Source: a bacterium
Lineage (GTDB): Bacteria > Patescibacteriota > Saccharimonadia > CAILAD01 > JADZBC01
Reading direction: 5' to 3'
DNA: 62,145 nucleotides
NCBI GenBank assembly: GCA_020852295.1
Contig: JADZBC010000015.1
Location: 1-62,145 of the forward strand
Position numbers and translations under genes: made by a program. Under the pieces are notes generated by a model, which saw nothing but the letters and a program-made list of their open reading frames with translations, was not told the origin of the DNA and ran no database searches. Below are positions 55,713 through 62,145 of the stretch, piece after piece. How positions within the stretch are numbered: the first letter of the stretch is position 1; the number at the start of each line of letters is the position of its first letter.

Positions 55713-56799
55713 CTATCTTGTGTACTGCTTTGATAAATCTTTCTTCCGAATATTGCTCGGCGACAGACCGAATCTTGGTCGCATCCCAACTGCGTTTTTC
55801 AAGTGTGCTGATAGCATCAGCCACGTCTTCGACCGTCTGTCGATCAAAATGAATGCCCGTCTCGCCGTCGATAACTGTCTCTGCCGATCCGGCATGGCCA
55901 TATGCCACAACTGGCTTCCCTGCCGCCATAGCCTCGACCGGAGTAATGCCGAAATCCTCTTCTGCAGTAAAGATAAATGCCTTGCAGCCAAGATATAACT
56001 TTGTCACCTCGGCATCAGTCGGCCGCTCGATAAACTCAATATTATGATCAGCCAATGCTTTGAGTTTTTTGCTCTCGGGGCCAGCACCAGCAATCACAAG
56101 CTTCTTGCCAAGCCGTTTGCAGGCTAAAATCGCTAAATCCACCCTCTTGTAGGGTATGAGTCGCGAAACTACCAGGAAGTAGTCCCCATCCTGAGCCTTC
56201 GAGACACTAAAGCGCGAGATATCCACCGGCGGATTCACTACCAAACTTGATCTTTTGTAGTATTTTTTAATACGTTTCTGTACCTCGCGCGAGTTAGCAA
56301 CCAAAACGTCTGGGCGTTGAGCCGCGGCATAGTCCCAGCGACGGCGACCCCGGACAAACCCTGGCAACAAAAGCTGCACCAGAGGATTCAATGGTCCGAA
56401 CCCCGGACTACGCAGATATTCATGATAGTGACTCCAGTAATAGCGGGTTGGCGTATGGATATAACTAACGTGAAGCGTTTCGGTCGGCGTAATAACACCC
56501 TTGGACTCTGCACTGGCACTGGAAATCACGAGGTCATAGCCACTAAAGTCAAAACTCTCAAAGGCAAGCGGGCGCAGCGTTGGATAGAGCTGATGTTTCG
56601 TTGTAGCCAGTGGCCAGTTTTGCAAGAAACTCGTTTTGACAGTTTGGTTCTTGAGAGCTGGTACTGATCCGGGACGATAGACGCTTGTATAAAGATCAGC
56701 CTGCGGATAGGCTTTGATCAGACTGGCAACCACCCGTTCTGCCCCACCTTGATTCGTGAGCCAGTCATGTACAATGGCCACTCTGAGCTTAGTATCCAC
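55684..56799 (-). CDS. Glycosyltransferase family 4
   Basis: 371 aa. N-terminal HDWLTNQGGAERV. C-terminal FIFTAEEDFGITPVEAMAAGKPVV. Confidence 0.85.
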   Translation of the reverse strand: MDTKLRVAIVHDWLTNQGGAERVVASLIKAYPQADLYTSVYRPGSVPALKNQTVKTSFLQNWPLATTKHQLYPTLRPLAFESFDFSGYDLVISSASAESKGVITPTETLHVSYIHTPTRYYWSHYHEYLRSPGFGPLNPLVQLLLPGFVRGRRRWDYAAAQRPDVLVANSREVQKRIKKYYKRSSLVVNPPVDISRFSVSKAQDGDYFLVVSRLIPYKRVDLAILACKRLGKKLVIAGAGPESKKLKALADHNIEFIERPTDAEVTKLYLGCKAFIFTAEEDFGITPVEAMAAGKPVVAYGHAGSAETVIDGETGIHFDRQTVEDVADAISTLEKRSWDATKIRSVAEQYSEERFIKAVHKIVDEARQKKN

Positions 56800-58210
56800 T
56801 GCGCCCCTTTAACAGCATCACGACCGTCTTAAAGATGATTGTCAGGTCCATGAGCAAACTCCAATTCTCGACGTAGTAGATATCAAGTTTGACACGCTCG
56901 GCATAGCTCACATCATTGCGCCCGGACACCTGCCACAGGCCGGTAAGGCCTGGACGGATGGAAAGAAAAGCGCCTGAACGCTTACCATACCGCTCAAGTT
57001 CAGCCTCTACTATGGGGCGAGGCCCGACTAGGCTCAGATCTCCGACGAGAACATTGTAAAACTGCGGCAGCTCATCGAGACTGGTTGATCGCAGAAAACG
57101 TCCGAGCTTAGTTATTCTTGGGTCATTTTTAAGCTTTTGAGTGCGTCGAAATTCTTCGACAAGCTGCGGATCGCCAAACTCTCCAATCAACTCAATTGCC
57201 GATTTATTGCCGTTATGCGGACCTTCACTATATCGCCATTTCATGCTGCGAAACTTATAGACCTTCATTTTTTTGCCCGTACGCGACAAGCGAGTGTGGG
57301 AAAAGAATATTGGGCCGCTCGGATCGGTTATCTTTACCAGTAAAGCAACAATGGCAAAGATTGGAGACAAGATTAAGAGTGCAAAAAATGATGTAATAAT
57401 ATCTACGATACGCTTCACAATTCTGCCCCAGCCATCGAGTGGCGTCTGCTGTAGCTGTATAGTTGGAACACCAAGAAACAGTCCCGTGCGTACATTACTA
57501 TGAAATGTATCGGTAACACTTGGAATGTAGCTGTACCCAACGTGATGCTGATGACACCAATCAATAATCTCATCATGACTGAGAGCAACTCGGCCGCTCA
57601 TCACCTGTACTATCTGGTCAATGCCGTGACGCTTTCGCAACTGCTCAAGCTCTTTTGTGCTTGTGGGCATCGAGAAGTTCTCGAGATTATTCAGAAAAAG
57701 CAGTCCAGAGTATCGACTATCGGCGACCTTGAGCTGATCGGTGAGTTTTGTCTGGCCGAGCAGTAGTACGGTATGAACACCAACGCCGAAACGAAATAGA
57801 ATTTTTTGTATAGTTCCGACGATAAGTCTTGCCAGGACGATAAAGAGAAAGGCGAAGGCAAAGCCAATGACGGGGATGCTCTTCGAAGGAAAGACAGGAT
57901 CATAGTTGAAAAAGTCGAGCATAATTATCACCATAGTCCCAGCTAGTGACGCCGCACCAATACGAACGATCTCCCGCAAGCGACCACGATTGCTCTCCAT
58001 GCTATACAGGCCCATCAGGGCAAATATCAGGATCCAGATAGGCAAAATGGTGAGCATGAGGCCCAGATATGCCCTGCCTCCTATTGGAAAAGCAAGCGGC
58101 CGATCTTCGCCGACACGCACAAAATAAGCCATCACAAAACCGGCGATCATCATCAGATAATCAATTGGCACTAGTATGAGGCTAAATAGCAGCTCGCTTC
58201 GTTTTTTCAT
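56789..58210 (-). CDS. Polyprenyl-phosphate glycosyl-1-phosphate transferase (bacterial sugar transferase, WbaP-like)
   Basis: Start at MKKRSELLF. Several TM helices. C-terminal sugar-transferase domain (LDELPQFYNVLVGDLSLVGPRP, RPGLTGLWQVSGRN, DIYYVENWSLLMDL). Confidence 0.85.
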   Translation of the reverse strand: MKKRSELLFSLILVPIDYLMMIAGFVMAYFVRVGEDRPLAFPIGGRAYLGLMLTILPIWILIFALMGLYSMESNRGRLREIVRIGAASLAGTMVIIMLDFFNYDPVFPSKSIPVIGFAFAFLFIVLARLIVGTIQKILFRFGVGVHTVLLLGQTKLTDQLKVADSRYSGLLFLNNLENFSMPTSTKELEQLRKRHGIDQIVQVMSGRVALSHDEIIDWCHQHHVGYSYIPSVTDTFHSNVRTGLFLGVPTIQLQQTPLDGWGRIVKRIVDIITSFFALLILSPIFAIVALLVKITDPSGPIFFSHTRLSRTGKKMKVYKFRSMKWRYSEGPHNGNKSAIELIGEFGDPQLVEEFRRTQKLKNDPRITKLGRFLRSTSLDELPQFYNVLVGDLSLVGPRPIVEAELERYGKRSGAFLSIRPGLTGLWQVSGRNDVSYAERVKLDIYYVENWSLLMDLTIIFKTVVMLLKGRSGY

Positions 58211-58237
58211 AATATACACTCCATTATAACGCAATAT

Positions 58238-58257
58238 AGCCAGGACCCAACCTGGCT
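58238..58257 (-). terminator. CCWGG-stem hairpin immediately 3' of rnpB
   Basis: AGCCAGG-ACCCAA-CCTGGCT. Confidence 0.45.
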
Positions 58258-58265
58258 ACATAGCA

Positions 58266-58632
58266 CTAATAAGTAAGCTATAAGCCGAATTCTGTATCCG
58301 TAAACGGACGGCAGCCATCTATCTTGGCAAAAACCACGTCATAAGCAATGCTGTCTGATCGTGCGACTTACCTATTGGGAGCGAGCAACTCCTCTGCAAG
58401 GCAGAAAGGCCCATAGTCTTGCAGCAGATGGGGTTTACCACCACCCTATGTCACCATAGGGCGCTGTGCGCTCTTACCGCACTCTTTTCACCCTTACTCC
58501 CGAAGGAGCGGTATCGTCTCTGTGGCACTTTCCCTAGGGTCACCCCCGGTTGCCGTTAGCAACCATCCTGCTCTGTGCTGTTCGGACTTTCCTCTAGGAT
58601 AAAATCCCAGCGACTGCCCACTTACTTATTAG
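58266..58632 (-). ncRNA. rnpB: RNase P RNA, bacterial type A
   Basis: On the minus strand the two ends pair as P1 (CTAATAAGTAAG / CTTACTTATTAG). Contains GAGGAAAGTCCGAAC, GGGTGAAAAGAGTGCGGTAAGAGCGCAC and ACAGAATTCGGCTTATAG, the hallmark conserved blocks. Confidence 0.9.
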
Positions 58633-58653
58633 TAATAATACTATACGATAATT

Positions 58654-59073
58654 TTAGCCTTTTGTCGAGTACTGATCGAGGCATTTGTTGACCTGTGCAT
58701 CAGCGAGTTTGTTGTACTCACGTCGTACATGCGTGAAACTAAGCTGCATTTTTCCTTCATACAGCTTGATCTGCTCATAAATTGGTCGTAAATCCGGGTT
58801 TTTCATACGATACTCCCCCTTGATTTGCTTCGTGACAAGTTCGCTATCCAAGTAGAAATCAGCGGCCAGCACGCCCTGTTCTTCTAGTTTTTTCAAAGCC
58901 AGCAGTACCGCTCGATATTCAGCCTGATTGTTGGTTGTAACGCCAAGGTATTCAGAGTATTCGCCAACTACCACACCTTCTTGGTTGATAAATACTACAC
59001 CGGACGCCGCTGGTCCCGGGTTACCACGCGAACCGCCATCACAATAAACCTTTAATCGCTTGTCGTCATTCAT
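58654..59073 (-). CDS. rnhA: Ribonuclease HI
   Basis: Start at MNDDKRLKVYCDGGSRGNPGPAA. TNNQAEYRAVLLAL. C-terminal REYNKLADAQ. Confidence 0.85.
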   Translation of the reverse strand: MNDDKRLKVYCDGGSRGNPGPAASGVVFINQEGVVVGEYSEYLGVTTNNQAEYRAVLLALKKLEEQGVLAADFYLDSELVTKQIKGEYRMKNPDLRPIYEQIKLYEGKMQLSFTHVRREYNKLADAQVNKCLDQYSTKG

Positions 59074-59289
59074 GTGTTTTATTTTATCACTAAAGCGCGA
59101 CGGAACGTTAGGCGGCACCGTGGCTTATCGCTCAGTATCTAGCTAAAGAACACGTAAAAACGCGGCCTTAATGCCGAATCGAAATGATATCTACCGTTCA
59201 ACTATTTTACCCATTGAGCAAAATTGATTTTTGCTTATTTCTTAGTATTTTTTATGCTTTACTAACAATTCCGACTTAAAAATTGCCAG

Positions 59290-60078
59290 TTATTTTTTGA
59301 CGAAAAAATACAATCCAAGCACTAAAATACCAAGTAGTATGCGGTATAGTACGAAGACTTTCATGTCGTGCTTATTGAGGTATTGCAAGAGCCATTTGAT
59401 AACCACCAGCCCTGTCAAAGCTGAGACGATAATACCAAGTACCAAGTATGGCAATGACGTTTCAGGCGTAGGGTCCTTTAGAATGCCGACGATTTTGTAA
59501 AGACCCGCCCCAAGGCTGATCGGTGTTGCAAGCAAGAAACTAAAACGAGCCGCTTCTTCACGTTTGAGACCAGCCCAAAGACCGGCGCTAATCGTAATAC
59601 CCGAGCGAGATACTCCCGGAACCAAGGCAAGAGCTTGTGCAAGACCGATAAGAAACGATCGCTTAAAGCCGAGGTCGGCCGTAGTAAGCTTTTGCTTTGC
59701 CAGCTTATCGCTCATATAGAGAACCCCACTAAAGACGATCATGCCTATACCAACAATGAGTGGCGCATTGGGGCTGCCATGGAGGTTATTTTCAATCCAT
59801 TTGTCACCGAAAAAGCCGATTGCAGCACCTGGTATTGTAGAAATTACAATATATTTTACCAGGTTAGATTTACGTTTTATGAGCTCGATGAAGTCTTTTG
59901 AGAAGAATATCAAGAGCGCTATCGCCGTACCGACATGGATCGCGGCATCAAAGCTCAATCCGGGGTCGGGCCAAGAGAATAGCCATGGTACTAACAACAA
60001 GTGGGCTGAGGACGAAATCGGCAAAAACTCGGTTATTCCCTGTACGATCGCCAATACGATTGTTACAAAAATCATCAT
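59290..60078 (-). CDS. uppP: Undecaprenyl-diphosphatase
   Basis: 262 aa. BacA signature GITEFLPISSSAHL and PGVSRSGITI. Multi-TM protein. Confidence 0.93.
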   Translation of the reverse strand: MMIFVTIVLAIVQGITEFLPISSSAHLLLVPWLFSWPDPGLSFDAAIHVGTAIALLIFFSKDFIELIKRKSNLVKYIVISTIPGAAIGFFGDKWIENNLHGSPNAPLIVGIGMIVFSGVLYMSDKLAKQKLTTADLGFKRSFLIGLAQALALVPGVSRSGITISAGLWAGLKREEAARFSFLLATPISLGAGLYKIVGILKDPTPETSLPYLVLGIIVSALTGLVVIKWLLQYLNKHDMKVFVLYRILLGILVLGLYFFVKK

Positions 60079-60494
60079 AGATAGCCTCTTTCCTGTAGAG
60101 CGGCGCGAATGAGAGTCGCATCCTCACTGAGCTGCTCGGCCGAAGCCGGTCGAGCCTTATCGTGATCCATGTCGCCAATGTGATTAATTGGAATAACATG
60201 CACATGGGCATGTGGCACCGCGAGCCCCTCAACAGACAGTCCGACTCGCTTTGGCTGGTAAATTTCTTCGAGAACGAGGCTCAAGACCTTTGCAAAATCG
60301 AGCACCTTACGATACGACTTTTCGTCGAGATCATAGAGCTTGTCGACCTGTTTTCTTGGTATTACGAGGCTATGGCCCGGGTGGTGCGGCATAATCGTCA
60401 GAATCGCAAAGATATCGTCATCCCGATACAGCACCTCGCCTGGCACATCGCCATCCAACACCTTTAAGAAGATACTTTTTTCCATAAATCCCAT
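60075..60494 (-). CDS. HIT family (histidine triad) protein
   Basis: 139 aa. Histidine triad VPHAHVHVIP. Confidence 0.85.
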   Translation of the reverse strand: MGFMEKSIFLKVLDGDVPGEVLYRDDDIFAILTIMPHHPGHSLVIPRKQVDKLYDLDEKSYRKVLDFAKVLSLVLEEIYQPKRVGLSVEGLAVPHAHVHVIPINHIGDMDHDKARPASAEQLSEDATLIRAALQERGYL

Positions 60495-60590
60495 TATAGG
60501 CTATTCGACTCTCAGAAAAAACTCGGCTTTATCTTGTCAGCATAAGTGTTTTAGATATAAAATGGGTACATATTTATATAAGTGCGGTGA

Positions 60591-62145
60591 ATGCAAGAGC
60601 GGACCATTAATCCTGATAGTATCGTGCCGAAGCGTCGTTTCTCGTGGCGGATTTTTTTGTGCTCACTCCTAGTACTCAATAACTTTGTTATTATCGTCAA
60701 TAACCTCAAGGCTAAGGCTGACAATGTCGTCACGATCACCTCGCCATCTCAAGGCCAGAGCCTCACATCGGCCAACCCCACCATCACAGGCACCGCAACA
60801 GCCGGTAAATGGGTCAACATCAAGATTGATAATACGTATGTCGGGGTCGTACAAGCCGATAACAATGGCAACTGGAGCTACCAAGCCCAAGACTTGAGCA
60901 ATACCACACACAGTGTGCAGGCCTCCATTACTGATGGCACAGGCATAGCAGGCTCAGTGTCCGGGAGATACGGCCTAGCGAAGTTCAGCATAAACAAACC
61001 AACCACTGATTCTGTAACCACCAATGACGCCAAGATTAGTTCACCTACCAAGGCTGTATTTAACAGTGACAGCACCAGGGTGTATGTGATGGACACAAGC
61101 TCCAACAAGGTAAATGTAATCGATACTAATACGAAAGCAATCTTGGCAACCGTCACGTTGTCAGGACAACCAAAAGACATCGCCTACTCACAAACAAAAA
61201 ATAAAGTGTACGTTACAACTGGTACAACGCAAAATGTTGATGTAATTGACGCAACAAACTTGCCAAATTCATCCACCCCAATCGATATGAATCGAGACAC
61301 TGGTGTCATTCGCCTCGATACTGACGGCGAGACGTTTTATATAAGCTGTGGGACCTACTTAGAGGCGATATGTATAGGAGACCTCGACGATGTAGCAAAT
61401 CTGTCGAATGAACAAAATCTGAGCGGTACCATCTACCAAATTGTACAGATTGCGGACAATAAAGTTGTGGTAGTGAATAGCCAACTAGACCTATTCACTA
61501 ATGGCGCACTTGCCGGATCAAGTGCATATGACGTGACGGGTGTGAATGTAGTTGATCCTGCGGCGCAATCAATCGCCCCGTTTGGTAGTAATCCTGACTA
61601 TATTGCGGTACCAAATAACACTACTGGCAGCCTAGATCTGCGTAGTGCGACAGACCTATCTTACGCCAGCAGTATCTCGAGCATAGGTAACGGACCATAT
61701 ACCATCATGCAGCACAATGACCAACTCTTCGTCTACTGTGCCGGCTCACAGCATGTAGCACAGCTCTCAATTAGCCTACAGAGCCTTCAGAACTACTCCG
61801 CAACAATTGGCTACGGCAGCACCGTCACTGGCATAGGGCAATATGGCGGAAACCTCAAATTGTACTTCGCTGTACAAGCAAATTACCCAAATGTCGAAAC
61901 TGCCAAAATTCAAGTCTACAACCCAACTTCCCTACAAGTCGAGAACACCGTACAGCTCGATAATATCAACTTCGCACACGCCTACATGCAGCCGGATAAT
62001 GGTCAGCTATGGGTTACCTCTCAGACAGCCTCTCAGATTCGCGTCTTGAGTCCTGGCGACGATTCGATCGTGAGTACTATTTACGATAGCCCTAGCGCGG
62101 GACCTATATTTGTCGGTAACTTCTATGGCACCGAATACTACACAA
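60591..62145 (+). CDS. Surface protein with Ig-like domain and YVTN/beta-propeller repeats (3' partial, runs off the window)
   Basis: Not in the ORF track because there is no stop in the window. ATG at 60591 gives MQERTINPDSIVPKRRFSWRIFLCSLLVLNNFVIIV (signal anchor). Then ITGTATAGKWVNIKIDNTYVG...DNNGNWSY (Ig-like) and repeats such as RVYVMDTSSNKVNVIDTNT and KVYVTTGTTQNVDVIDATN. Confidence 0.7.
   Translation, partial: MQERTINPDSIVPKRRFSWRIFLCSLLVLNNFVIIVNNLKAKADNVVTITSPSQGQSLTSANPTITGTATAGKWVNIKIDNTYVGVVQADNNGNWSYQAQDLSNTTHSVQASITDGTGIAGSVSGRYGLAKFSINKPTTDSVTTNDAKISSPTKAVFNSDSTRVYVMDTSSNKVNVIDTNTKAILATVTLSGQPKDIAYSQTKNKVYVTTGTTQNVDVIDATNLPNSSTPIDMNRDTGVIRLDTDGETFYISCGTYLEAICIGDLDDVANLSNEQNLSGTIYQIVQIADNKVVVVNSQLDLFTNGALAGSSAYDVTGVNVVDPAAQSIAPFGSNPDYIAVPNNTTGSLDLRSATDLSYASSISSIGNGPYTIMQHNDQLFVYCAGSQHVAQLSISLQSLQNYSATIGYGSTVTGIGQYGGNLKLYFAVQANYPNVETAKIQVYNPTSLQVENTVQLDNINFAHAYMQPDNGQLWVTSQTASQIRVLSPGDDSIVSTIYDSPSAGPIFVGNFYGTEYYT

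Overview
This 62.1-kb window looks like it comes from a reduced-genome, mid/low-GC bacterium of the Patescibacteria/CPR type, probably Saccharibacteria-like. That assignment is an inference from gene content only: DUF4012 + GT4 + sugar-transferase envelope loci, an orphan VirD4-like ATPase, several very large beta-propeller/FN3 surface proteins, and little metabolism. Core genes: gyrB-gyrA, pheS-pheT, trpS, rmuC, pheA, a UvrD-like helicase-nuclease, argS, smpB, fba, comM/yifB, infC (ATT start)-rpmI-rplT, rnhA, uppP and a HIT protein. Two glycosyltransferase clusters are present. RNA genes: tmRNA (ssrA, 39149-39536, minus) and RNase P RNA (rnpB, 58266-58632, minus). I recognised no rRNA, tRNA, CRISPR array, transposase or integrase. 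Main observations: (1) Two sharply bounded high-GC islands (about 19.40-20.83 kb and 33.75-37.03 kb; hand-counted 68-73% GC against about 45% background) carry five minus-strand genes. These include an oversized WhiB-like (Wbl) fusion protein and a PlsC-type acyltransferase. Each gene has its own AT-rich near-consensus sigma70-type promoter, a strong Shine-Dalgarno and a host-style terminator, which fits genes captured from a high-GC (actinobacterial host or actinophage) donor and rewired. (2) Two of these genes are each bracketed by a different, perfect, exactly 14-bp inverted repeat that sits in the predicted 5' and 3' UTRs. (3) An orphan, ORF-free, highly structured unit of about 430 nt (15976-16405, minus) is bounded by a promoter and a terminator and is neither tmRNA nor RNase P RNA. 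(4) A 2106-aa membrane histidine kinase has a very large NHL-repeat ectodomain. (5) PheT carries an insertion of about 110 aa that resembles a degenerate NlpC/P60 domain. (6) A secreted-protein gene is split by a frameshift at an A6 tract. All family calls rest on motif recognition by eye; no database search was possible.
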